From an uncultured Staphylococcaceae bacterium (GTDB taxonomy: Bacteria; Bacillota_I; Bacilli_A; RFN20; CAG-826): a DNA stretch of 44,711 bases. This document shows positions 27,532 to 37,200 of the stretch, in pieces. The stretch is taken from NCBI GenBank assembly GCA_964438495.1, contig CAYTKX010000001.1:1-44711 (forward strand), given 5' to 3'. A program made the translations under genes and the position numbers. Under the pieces are notes generated by a model. It was not told the DNA's origin and ran no database searches. It worked only from the letters and a program-made list of their open reading frames with translations. Every line of letters starts with the position of its first letter. The first letter of the stretch is position 1.

Positions 27532-28389
27532 ATGAAGGGTTTAGTTATAAATAAGCAAAAGTCTTCATTTGTCGTTAGTAAAGACGGCATTAATTATGTT
27601 ACGAAACCAAGCGGTAACTTAATTAAATCACGACAAAGAATTTATGTTGGTGATTATGTTGATATTGATACTGAAAATAAAGTAATAAATAAACTATATC
27701 CACGCACAAACTTTTTAATAAGACCGCCGATCGCTAATGTTGATATTGTGCTTATTGTTATGTCGATGGTACAACCCGATTTTAGTCTCTTCTTAGTGGA
27801 AAAATTTGTAAGTTACGCTAATTTTGCGGAGATTAAACCGCTTGTTATCATTACAAAACAAGATAAGTTAGAAGATACGAAAGAGCTTTTTGAAATCCAA
27901 ACAAGTTTAGAAAAACTAAATGTCAAAAGCTTCAGTGTTAATAATAAAACCGAAGAAGGATTTGAAGAAGTTAAAGCTTACCTTAAAAATAAAGTTGTCG
28001 CCTTAATGGGCCAATCAGGAGTGGGTAAATCAAGCTTTATTAACGCCTTAACGGATCACGACCGCGAAATTGGTAAGTTTGCGATTAATGTCAATCGTGG
28101 GCGGCATGTGACAAAAGAAGTAATTATGCTTCCTTATAAAGGTGGCTATATTGTCGATACCCCAGGCTTTTCTTCGTTTGACTTACCACTTACCAAAGGT
28201 GATTTAGCCGAAAATTTCCCCGGTTTTAAAATCGCGTTAGGACGCTGTAAGTTTAATGATTGTCTCCATTTAAGTGAAAGCGGATGTTACATAAAAGAGT
28301 TAGTAGATGCGGGAGAAATAAGTACGCAAAGCTATGAAAACTATGCTACAATAAGTGGAGAATTAAAACATATACGTGAGGATTATTAA
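27532..28389 (+). CDS. rsgA: Ribosome small-subunit biogenesis GTPase RsgA
   Basis: Circularly permuted GTPase: TKQDK (G4) precedes GQSGVGKSS (G1). The C-terminal zinc motif is CKFNDCLHLSESGC. Confidence 0.9.
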   Translation: MKGLVINKQKSSFVVSKDGINYVTKPSGNLIKSRQRIYVGDYVDIDTENKVINKLYPRTNFLIRPPIANVDIVLIVMSMVQPDFSLFLVEKFVSYANFAEIKPLVIITKQDKLEDTKELFEIQTSLEKLNVKSFSVNNKTEEGFEEVKAYLKNKVVALMGQSGVGKSSFINALTDHDREIGKFAINVNRGRHVTKEVIMLPYKGGYIVDTPGFSSFDLPLTKGDLAENFPGFKIALGRCKFNDCLHLSESGCYIKELVDAGEISTQSYENYATISGELKHIREDY

Positions 28390-29057
28390 TGCAAAAAGAT
28401 ATTATTATCGCGCCTTCACTTTTAGCCGCTGATTTCAAAAAGTTAGGTGAAGAAGTCGCAAAACTCCAGCAAAACGGCATTGAATACCTCCATTTCGATG
28501 TAATGGATGGTCATTTTGTTCCGAATCTTTCGTTTGGGGTTCCAGTATTAGAATCTTTAAAACCAACATATAAATTTATTTATGACGTTCACTTAATGGT
28601 GACAAATCCTGAGTTTATTGCCTTTAAATTTATTAAGGCTGGCGCGGATATTATTACTTTTCATTATGAAGCGATGAGAAGTGAAGAGGAAGTACTTAAA
28701 CTCATTGATAAAATAAAAGAAGAAAACGTTAAAGTTGGCTTAAGTATTAAACCAAACACTAAAGTAGAAGTGTTAAAGCCATTTTTAAAGCATCTTGATT
28801 TAGTGCTTATTATGTCTGTCGAACCAGGCTTTGGTGGGCAAAAATTTATGGAGAGCGCCTTAACGAAGATTAAATTTTTAGCTGATATTAAAAAAGCAAA
28901 TAACTATCACTACTTAATCGAAGTAGATGGCGGAATAAACGGGGAAACGGGACGCCTTTGCGTTGAAGCGGGTGTTGATATTTTAGTCGCGGGTTCCTAT
29001 TTATTTGGCAAAGCCGATTTAAAAGAAAGAATAGCAGGACTTAAAAATGGGCGATAG
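28389..29057 (+). CDS. rpe: Ribulose-phosphate 3-epimerase
   Basis: PSLLAADF, HFDVMDGHFVPN, MSVEPGFGGQKF, and VDGGI. Confidence 0.9.
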   Translation: MQKDIIIAPSLLAADFKKLGEEVAKLQQNGIEYLHFDVMDGHFVPNLSFGVPVLESLKPTYKFIYDVHLMVTNPEFIAFKFIKAGADIITFHYEAMRSEEEVLKLIDKIKEENVKVGLSIKPNTKVEVLKPFLKHLDLVLIMSVEPGFGGQKFMESALTKIKFLADIKKANNYHYLIEVDGGINGETGRLCVEAGVDILVAGSYLFGKADLKERIAGLKNGR

Positions 29058-29703
29058 TGTTTTACATGTTTCCTTTTTTATTGGGCTCTTTCTTTTTGTC
29101 ATTACCCTTATTTTTCAATTAACGATGTATCGCTATAAACAAGGGCGAAAATATTCGTTCCGTAATGAATTACCTTTTGAACTTGTGCAAGGCGTTGATC
29201 AAAAATATATTCAGTATCATTATATTTTGATTTTTGGCGTCATTTTAGCGCAGGTCCTCTTTGCTTTTAATTATTTACCGCAGCTTATTTATTGGTATGA
29301 ATATCTTTTAGTCGCAAGTGTGACTTTAAGTGCGATAATGCTTTATCTTCTTTTCTTCATTAAAGTATTTGAAGTGAAACGCCATATCTTTGTTTTTATT
29401 GTTCAAGCGTTAAGCGTAGTTACGAGTTTCGTCGCTTTTGGTCTTTTTGTGCACATTAATATTTACGGAACCCAAAGTTTACCGTTTGCAATTGTAAATT
29501 ATGTTTTCGCGTTTATTGCTCTACTTTTATTATTTAATTCCCGCTTAAGACGGTGGCCAATTATGGATAAAGTATTGCAACAAGATGGCACGGTCTTAAT
29601 CTTAAGACCCCGCTATTTCTTACTTGCCCTTTATGAATGGGGCTTTATCATTTTACAATTCGTGCAATTTATCTTAATGTATATCTTTTTATTCTTTAGG
29701 TAG
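29047..29703 (+). CDS. Hypothetical polytopic membrane protein
   Basis: 218-aa ORF overlapping the rpe stop by 11 nt. It has ~6 hydrophobic helices and no recognisable motif. Confidence 0.55.
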   Translation: MGDSVLHVSFFIGLFLFVITLIFQLTMYRYKQGRKYSFRNELPFELVQGVDQKYIQYHYILIFGVILAQVLFAFNYLPQLIYWYEYLLVASVTLSAIMLYLLFFIKVFEVKRHIFVFIVQALSVVTSFVAFGLFVHINIYGTQSLPFAIVNYVFAFIALLLLFNSRLRRWPIMDKVLQQDGTVLILRPRYFLLALYEWGFIILQFVQFILMYIFLFFR

Positions 29704-29728
29704 AAGAAGAAGGCTCTGCAATAAAAAA

Positions 29729-29757
29729 AACTCACAAGTTGTGAGTTATTTTTTATC
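29729..29757. terminator. Bidirectional Rho-independent terminator (serves the rpe operon and rpmB)
   Basis: AACTCAC (29729-29735), loop AAGTT, then GTGAGTT (29741-29747). It is flanked by A8 on the left and ATTTTTT on the right. Confidence 0.7.
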
Positions 29758-29944
29758 CTCTAGCGGACTTATTAAGACTGCGATACGCTCTTGCCGACAT
29801 TTTAACGGTTTGGATTTTACCATCAACTTCTACTTGGAAGCTTTGTAAGTTGACGCCCCAGCGCCGTCTAGTCGCGCGTAATGAGTGACTGCGTTTATTT
29901 CCACTTAAGGGTCCTTTGCCAGAGACTGGACAATATCTTGCCAT
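29753..29944 (-). CDS. rpmB: 50S ribosomal protein L28
   Basis: MARYCPVSGKGPLSGNKRSHSLRATRRRW.VNLQ is the L28 signature. I set the start at ATG 29944, after GGGGAGGAA (rc of 29951-29959). Confidence 0.9.
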   Translation of the reverse strand: MARYCPVSGKGPLSGNKRSHSLRATRRRWGVNLQSFQVEVDGKIQTVKMSARAYRSLNKSARG

Positions 29945-30036
29945 GCTTTTTTCCTCCCCATTCAATAAATGCTTGTTAAGAATACCATTAATAAATTTAA
30001 TTTGCAACCAAAAGAATACACTTTTCTACCTTTTTT

Positions 30037-30516
30037 ATGACGATAAGGTTATATAGACGATTATTATATATAATAAAACTAGATTTAACTTGTAGTTTTT
30101 CTGCTTATTATCAATGGTGCAGCATGATGAATATATTACTTATCATGAAGAGAAATCTATATTTTACGTCACTTTTATTACAAGAACGAGGTATTCGCCT
30201 CGCGATTGGTAGCTCAAGTAAAAACGCGCGTACTATTTTAGAAAAGATTGAATTGCTCCACTTTTTTGAAGTCATAAGTGACGGTATTAATTTAGTTAAC
30301 CCTAAACCGGACCCCGAAGTCTTTTTAAAAGCGTCCGCCGCCCTATTTTTAAAACCGGAAGATTGTATTGTCGTTGAAGACGCAAAAGCCGGTATTGACG
30401 CCGCGCTTGCCGGAGGCTTTATCGCTGTTGGGATGGGCGACGCCTATACATATGAAAAAAATACTTATAGTATTAAAGAATTAAAAGAATTACTTTTATT
30501 AGTGCGTACGCTTTAA
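30037..30516 (+). pseudogene. Degenerate/truncated HAD-superfamily beta-phosphoglucomutase-like gene
   Basis: The C-terminal ~110 aa is a good HAD core (RLAIGSSSKNA...NPKPDPEVFLKA...VVEDAKAGIDAALAGGF.AVGMG). The N-terminus is AT-rich, lacks the DxDG(V/T) nucleophile motif, and is ~60 aa too short for the cap domain. Confidence 0.55.
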
Positions 30517-30959
30517 AGTTTTAAACTTGGAAATTGTTTTTTTATTTCATCAAGGCTCCAATATTTTTCGACCCGTTCTTTCATCTCTTTATAGATGAGT
30601 CTTTTTGGGTCATGGGCTAAATAACGTTCATCACCCTTACGGGTTACAAAGCGGATGCTTAGTTTTTTATCGCTATATGCTTCATCAATATAGATAATGT
30701 CTTTAAAAGGATAATATAAAGTATTACGGCCCTTATGATGGACAATTTCATGCTTTGTTATTTCGTAATAACTATTCTTATAGCCGATTATTAAATAAAT
30801 TACTGTCGTTACCGTCCAAATAAGAAGCACTAAATAATGATATAAAGTCGGGGGAAAAGTAATGCCGGTAATTAAATAGAAAATAATCGACACTAAAAGA
30901 TAGATCGGTAAATAAATAAGGAGTAGACCTTTAAAACTTGTGTATATTTTTTTATTCAT
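30513..30959 (-). CDS. Hypothetical 2-TM protein with a C-terminal bacterial PH-like (bPH/YdbS-like) domain
   Basis: 148 aa with two N-terminal TM helices, then YYEITKHEIVHHKGRNTLYYPFKDIIYID...LSIRFVTRKG, which resembles membrane-anchored bPH domains. Its ATG overlaps the upstream gene's stop (ATGA). Confidence 0.5.
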   Translation of the reverse strand: MNKKIYTSFKGLLLIYLPIYLLVSIIFYLITGITFPPTLYHYLVLLIWTVTTVIYLIIGYKNSYYEITKHEIVHHKGRNTLYYPFKDIIYIDEAYSDKKLSIRFVTRKGDERYLAHDPKRLIYKEMKERVEKYWSLDEIKKQFPSLKL

Positions 30960-32029
30960 GAATTTTGAATATCGCGACTAAAATCATTAAAGCGACCACT
31001 GAAGGCGCTAATGAATGTGCGAATTCCTCCTTCCAACTTTTTCGCGTCATTTAAGTCATTCGTAAAGTGTTTGCTAATAAGAACACGCACTAACTCATAT
31101 ATTTTAAAATAAAGCGTTAATAAATAGCGATCAAAGTCAATGCCAATGCGTAAATCTTCAGCACTTATTAAATATTCATGAACAAAAAGACTTGCAAAGG
31201 CGTAATGCGGATATAAATCCCCTAAATTAACCTTTTCTAATAGCGTTTTTAATGAATATTCTTCGCCTGGACCAATTAATTCCCCGGCCCAGCCAAAGCG
31301 TTCAGCAATATGCCACGGTAAATTGCCGCGTCCTGCATGCTTCAAAGCTTCTTTACTTTTACTTATTTTATCTTTCGTACTAGCGTTTAATAGTCGCGCA
31401 CGCGTGAGCGCGATAATCCGTCTTTCATTATACTTACCACTAAGGTGGGGGTTCCGTTCTAAAATTAAAAGGTTAGTCGTTGTTTCAAGTAAACTTCGCC
31501 ATATAATAAAAGCATCATTATTAAACTCACGTTCTAAAAGCATAATCCCGCTTATTAATTCATTAAAGAAGCGCTCGGTCATCATATATAAAATATTGGT
31601 CGCTAAATCTTTATCTTTCATGTCGACAGCTTTAAAACGGTGATAACGACGATTAATTAAATTTTCAAACTCCATAATGATTGGATCAATGATTTGGTCA
31701 CGGGTGAAGATGTGGTCAGGATCATTTTTAGCTTCCTCACTTTTAATGACCCCTTTAATTAAGTCGTTAATGTGATCGTTACCTTTAAAGTAAGTTTTTA
31801 AGTATTGCGGGCTACTTGATTTAATTTTATGGTTATGGCGCATGATGACGCGGTTCGCGAAAAGGAAGAAGTCTTCTTTTTTTGCTCCAAACTGTTTGCG
31901 ATATTCGGGAAAGGCATTTTTGATGGCATTCCGAAAGTAGTCAACCTTCTCATCACTATTTGGTGAGATCTGAATATTATCTTTTAAAAGGGCGCGAACT
32001 TGATCGCGAGATAGTTGATAATTAGCCAC
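30956..32029 (-). CDS. Hypothetical helical protein, distant paralog of 14179-15270 (possibly DUF5677-like; unverified)
   Basis: GTG start at 32029, 6 nt after AAGGAGA (rc of 32036-32042). 357 aa. The motif series NDAFIIWRSLLETTTNLLILE ... FGWAGE ... LFVHEY is colinear with the 14179 protein. It is divergent from jetA. Confidence 0.6.
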   Translation of the reverse strand: MANYQLSRDQVRALLKDNIQISPNSDEKVDYFRNAIKNAFPEYRKQFGAKKEDFFLFANRVIMRHNHKIKSSSPQYLKTYFKGNDHINDLIKGVIKSEEAKNDPDHIFTRDQIIDPIIMEFENLINRRYHRFKAVDMKDKDLATNILYMMTERFFNELISGIMLLEREFNNDAFIIWRSLLETTTNLLILERNPHLSGKYNERRIIALTRARLLNASTKDKISKSKEALKHAGRGNLPWHIAERFGWAGELIGPGEEYSLKTLLEKVNLGDLYPHYAFASLFVHEYLISAEDLRIGIDFDRYLLTLYFKIYELVRVLISKHFTNDLNDAKKLEGGIRTFISAFSGRFNDFSRDIQNS

Positions 32030-32135
32030 TTTTTGTCTCCTTTCAAATGATTAAGTAAATATTGAAATATTTCCCCTATATTATACTAGTTTTAATACAC
32101 TTTGCCCTTTTTATATGATAATATAAAACATATGA

Positions 32136-33569
32136 ATGAAGGAGAAATTTTTTTTGAGCCTGTTTACCATTATTCCGAATAACTTTTTTTCAATATTAGC
32201 AAGTAAAAATAAAGAGATTTACGCTGAAGCTCTGCTCCTTTTACATCGCTCGATTGAAGATAACGATTTATTCATTAAAAAGAATGAATTCACTCGTAAT
32301 TTAAAAGAGCGGTTAAGTGAATTATCGCTCACTGTTGATATTGCGGCCGAAGAAGAACTTGAAGAAGACGAAGTCGTCGACCATAGTGATAAGGCTAGTT
32401 TTATTGTGCGTCGGTTAGAAGAATGCGGGTGGATTGATGTTGAAGTTAATCCCGAAAACTTTGAAGAATATATTGCGTTACCAAGTTACAGCATCAATAT
32501 GCTTGCCCTTATTAATAGTTTAGTAAAAGAAAGCACTGCTGAATACGTTAGTCTTGTCCACGCAACATATAGTGAACTTGCGCTTGAAGACGAGATGCGC
32601 GACGAATTTATGTATGCAACTTTAGTGCGTGCTTTTGAAAACACGAAAGCTCTTAACGTGGAACTTATTACCCTGGCCCATAGCATTCGTATTTTCCAAA
32701 ATCGCCTCGGCAAAGTATTTAGCACGAACAATATTTTAAGTGATTATTTTGATCACTATAAAACAAGGGTTAGTGACCGCTATTATCACCCCCTTAAAAC
32801 GTTTGATAGTGTCGCTAAATTTAAGCGGCCAATCTTACAAATCTTACAAAAGTGGCTCTATGACGATGAAATTAGAACCCAACTTGTCACCCAAGCTTTA
32901 ATGTGGAGTCGCCATAAAGATAAAGGAGCCGCTGAAGCCGATATTATTAATAAGATTAACTATATTAGTGATATGTATGAAAGAGTGAATGATACGATTG
33001 CGCAAATCGATCAAAAACATCATGAATACACAAAAGCAAGTGCCACAAAAATCTTATATTTAAATAGTGCTGATAAATCGATTAAAGGTCATCTTGACTT
33101 TATCTTTAAAACATACGCTGAAACCTTTAGTAAAGGAGCAAGTGTTAGCCCTATATTAAATGGCCTTGCTGAATCTTTAAAATTCAATCGCCACGGTTAT
33201 GTTAGTCCTGATAGTATCACCTTACCAATCGTGCGTGAATTAAGACGTGATTCCTTACCCCTTACCTTAACTGACTTTGATGATGTTCGCGATGCTTTAA
33301 TGGAACACTTTTTAGAACAAACGAGCAGTCAATATAGTAATGATGAAATCTTTGACTTTATGGACTTAGCGTTTGGTGATGATAGTGAGGTGCATATTAA
33401 AGATATTCCCTTACCAACATTTGAAGCATTTTTGCTTTTAATCTTAGCGACGATTAAAACAAATGACGAACAATGTTTTTATATCGTTGAAACAGATCCT
33501 GGGAAAGTAAGTAGCCACGGCTACCGCTTACCAAACTTACGCTTTATTAGAAAGGAGCTAGCCCTCTAA
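32136..33569 (+). CDS. jetA: JetA/MksF-like (kleisin-type) subunit of a Wadjet/MksBEF-type SMC complex
   Basis: ~475 aa, first gene of a coupled trio with the size and order of jetA-jetB-jetC. It has an acidic linker (AAEEELEEDEVVD) and a winged-helix-like stretch (FIVRRLEECGWIDVE). The assignment rests mainly on context. The start may be TTG 32154, 9 nt after AAGGAG at 32139-32144, rather than ATG 32136. Confidence 0.6.
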   Translation: MKEKFFLSLFTIIPNNFFSILASKNKEIYAEALLLLHRSIEDNDLFIKKNEFTRNLKERLSELSLTVDIAAEEELEEDEVVDHSDKASFIVRRLEECGWIDVEVNPENFEEYIALPSYSINMLALINSLVKESTAEYVSLVHATYSELALEDEMRDEFMYATLVRAFENTKALNVELITLAHSIRIFQNRLGKVFSTNNILSDYFDHYKTRVSDRYYHPLKTFDSVAKFKRPILQILQKWLYDDEIRTQLVTQALMWSRHKDKGAAEADIINKINYISDMYERVNDTIAQIDQKHHEYTKASATKILYLNSADKSIKGHLDFIFKTYAETFSKGASVSPILNGLAESLKFNRHGYVSPDSITLPIVRELRRDSLPLTLTDFDDVRDALMEHFLEQTSSQYSNDEIFDFMDLAFGDDSEVHIKDIPLPTFEAFLLLILATIKTNDEQCFYIVETDPGKVSSHGYRLPNLRFIRKELAL

Positions 33570-34204
33570 TGTTTGAAGAAACCATTTTAAAAATGACGCG
33601 CGCTGATCAAGAAGCGTTCGCCAAAGCTATTAACCAATTATTATTAACAAGTTTTATCGTTCGTGATGAATTTGATCGCCGCGAGAAAACGATTAAGATT
33701 AACCCAACATACCGGTTTATTGAACGCCATTTTGATTTAATTAACGATTATTTAAGTTATAGCGGATGGCGTGTTGATAAAGATTTAATTTTAGGAGTGT
33801 TTAGCCTCGTCAATGAATATGACCATAATCGTTTACGCTTTGACCGCGAAGTAAGCTTAATTCTTTTTGTCTTACGCTTAATTTATGAAGAAGAGAAAAA
33901 AGAAGGGGGCCACATTGGCGATTCTATTTATTTAACGACCCCCCTTGTTATGAAAGTAATGCATGATCGCGGCATATTAATTCCGAATAAAAAGTTAACC
34001 GGTCGCTTAGTGGGACGGGCGCTTAAAGAAATCGCTAACCACAATATTATTGCTCGTGTTTCGGGAACATATGACGAAGGAAACGTGACGTTCTACCTTT
34101 TACCGTCAATTACCTTTGCCGTTGATAACGATAAAATTGTCGCCATTAGTCAAGCTTTAGAAAAACTAGCGCTCCGAGATAGCGGGGAAGGAAGTGACGC
34201 ATAA
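33569..34204 (+). CDS. jetB: JetB/MksE-like subunit (DUF4194-like)
   Basis: 211 aa. TAATG overlap with jetA. The pattern FAKAINQLLL.SFIV...Y.FIERHFDLINDYL...GW.V..D...GVF.L...RL.F...S.ILFVLRLIY.EE matches my recollection of DUF4194. Confidence 0.65.
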   Translation: MFEETILKMTRADQEAFAKAINQLLLTSFIVRDEFDRREKTIKINPTYRFIERHFDLINDYLSYSGWRVDKDLILGVFSLVNEYDHNRLRFDREVSLILFVLRLIYEEEKKEGGHIGDSIYLTTPLVMKVMHDRGILIPNKKLTGRLVGRALKEIANHNIIARVSGTYDEGNVTFYLLPSITFAVDNDKIVAISQALEKLALRDSGEGSDA

Positions 34205-37200
34205 TGAAACTATTAAAAACCGTCAAAATAATTAACTGGCATTACTTTTGGAATCAAACCTTAAGTATTGAACCAATTGTCTTTTTAACCGGGATGAACG
34301 CCAGTGGGAAAAGTACGATTATCGACGCGATGCAAGTCGTGCTTTTAGGTGATACATCGGGTCGTTATTTTAATAAAGCAGCCGCTGAAAAAAGTAACCG
34401 AACCTTACGCGGATATTTACGCGGTGAATTAGGAGATACGCTTGAAGGGGGATTCCATTATTTACGTAATGGGCGCTTTACAAGTTATATCGTCTTAGAG
34501 TTTTATGATGATGTTAAAGACGAATTCTTTAATATTGGTATTGTCTTTGATGTTTATGAAGATGGTGGCTATGATCATCGTTATTTCTATTTAAACGCGA
34601 AAATGCCGGAAAATGAATTTATTGTCGATAACATTCCGCTTGAATATAAAGCCCTTAATAAATTATTCCAAAGTGAATACGCCGGTAAATATAAATTCTT
34701 TGATACAAACCGGCAATATCAAGACCATCTTAAAAAGGTGCTAGGTAACTTAAAAGATAAGTATTTTAACTTACTTAAAAAAGCGGTTAGTTTCTCGCCG
34801 ATTACCGATATTACAACGTTTATTACCGAATACGTTACTGAATCGCAAAAAAACATCGATATTGGTCCGATGCAAGATAACATCCTCCAATATAAAAAGT
34901 TAGAAGATGAAGCCGCCTTAATGCGTTATAAAGTCGAACGCTTAACCGAAATTAATAAAAACTATCTTGTGTATAAAGAACATAAAGAAAAACAAACGTT
35001 AAGTGAATACGTTTTAGAAAAATCAACATTACAAAATGATTTAAATCGTTTAGAAGCCTTTAATAAACAATATTTAGGCTACGCGAAAAGACTTGGCGAC
35101 ATTGAAAGTGAACTCGCTGATCTTGATATTAACCTCGCCGAACTTAACAAACGGAAAATTAAACTCATTCAAGATAGTTCCACTAATGATACATATCGCA
35201 TTACCGATGAAATTAATGAACATAAAAAAGTCGCTGAAGAAAAGATTAAAAGCTTAAACTTCTTAAATATGCAAGTAAGAAGTGACTTAGAACGTTATGT
35301 CATGACCTTTAATAAAATCGCTAATGATGTTATTACTAGTTTAACGAACCAAGACACCAAACGCTTTAAAAAAGATGGACTCTTTAGTCTTGATGAATTA
35401 TTAGATAGTGCAGAATCAATTATTAAAATTAATAATACAATCACCGAACTTTTAGGGCGTGATATTAATGAATTAGGTGAAGATATCTTAACGAAATGGC
35501 GCACCGCGCAAGCAAGTTTTAAACAAAATCTTGCCGCCTTTACCTTAACGCTTGGCCGCCTCATCACTGATTATGAGGCAAATGAAGCCATCTTAAAACA
35601 ACAAGAAATCGACCTTCGCGGCGGTGGTAAACCTTATGAATATAGTCTCGTCCAAGTGCGGAATGAACTCCAAAACCGTTTAAGTGCGAAATTTGGTCAT
35701 CCAGTTGAAGTCATGATCTTTAGTGACTTAATCGATATTAAAAACCCAAAATGGACGAACGCTATTGAAGGGTATTTAGGCGCACAACGCTTCTATTTAT
35801 TCGTCGAAGGCCAATATTTCCTTGATGCTTATGATATCCTTAAAGGCCTTTTACAAACATATAATTTTTATGGTACAAACTTAGTCGACGTCGATCAAAT
35901 CATCGAACGCCGCTTTAGCGCTAGTAAAAATTCGCTTGCCGAAGAAATCTTAACTGACCACGTTGGCGCTCGCGCTTATGTTGACTTTTTACTTGGGCGT
36001 TTACAAAAATGTAATACGATTCAAGAAGCGCGCAATAGTGGAAACGGTATTACGCCGGAAACGGACTTATATCGTAACTTTACCTTTGGACGCATAAATC
36101 CCCGCAACTACGCTCAAAAGTTTATCGGTCGTAAAGTCGAAGAAGGCGAAGTTAACGCTAAAAAAGCTGAACTAGCTGCCCACGGGGTCCAACTAAATCT
36201 TTATAAAGAATTATTTAATACTTTACGCTACGGGAACGATATCGAAATTGTAAACACAAACGAAATTAGTGCCCTCGGCAGCCAAGTAAAACGCATTCAA
36301 GAATTACCGGCCCTACAGCAAAGTGTGCTCTTTTATGAAGAAGAACTCGGCCGTCACGATTTAACGCTTATTGAAGGTATTCACCGCCGTATTAACTTAG
36401 TCGAAACCGATATTAAAGGTATTGAAGAGCAAAAAAGTTTACTCGCCGAAGAACGGGGAACGATTAATACGAATATGAGCTTACTTAAAAGTGAACGCAT
36501 TCCCGAAACAAAGCAAATCATTAACGAACGGCAAACTAAACTTGATGAAAATTATGATGCCTTCTTCGTTGAAGATGTCGCAGAACCATTTTTCCAAAAC
36601 TTAATTGCCGAAGGAAAGACACCACTAGAAATTAATAGTGAATTCCGTAACGCTTATTCAACGGCCTTATATTTAGCAAACAGTGTCTTTAACCAAGTAA
36701 AAAGATTACGGAAAGAATATGTCGTTGACTATCGCTTAACGTTTGAAACCGAAGTTAGTCATAACGACCAATTCGATAGTGAGTTAAATGATTTACTTGA
36801 AGTTAAATTACCAGAATACGAAATTAAAATTAATGACGCTTATCAAAAAGCGGTCAAACAATTTAAAGATGACTTCATAAGTAAATTACGAAGTGCAATC
36901 GAAACGGTTGAAGATCAAATTGCCGAACTTAATATCGCCTTAAGTACATCAACTTTCGGTGAAGACTCCTATCAATTTACCGTTCGCCCAAGTACCGTCT
37001 ATCGTCCCTATTACGACATGATTAAAGATGATTTACTCTTAGAAGTAACGGATGACGATAGTGAATTCTTTACGAAATACGAAGACGTCTTAAAAGACTT
37101 ATTCGGGCAAATTGTTTTAGCAGGCGACGGTGATAAAAACGCCGCCGTACTTGCAAACGTTGAAAAGTTTACTGATTACCGTAATTACTTAGACTTTGAC

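Noticed and set aside
30956-32029. The possibility that the divergent 357-aa protein is a displaced or inverted JetD.
   Set aside because: Its size is close to JetD, but the sequence looks all-helical. It has no Toprim-like acidic motif series (conserved E, then DxD in a beta-alpha context), and its paralog sits in the addAB operon. It is treated as an unknown family instead.
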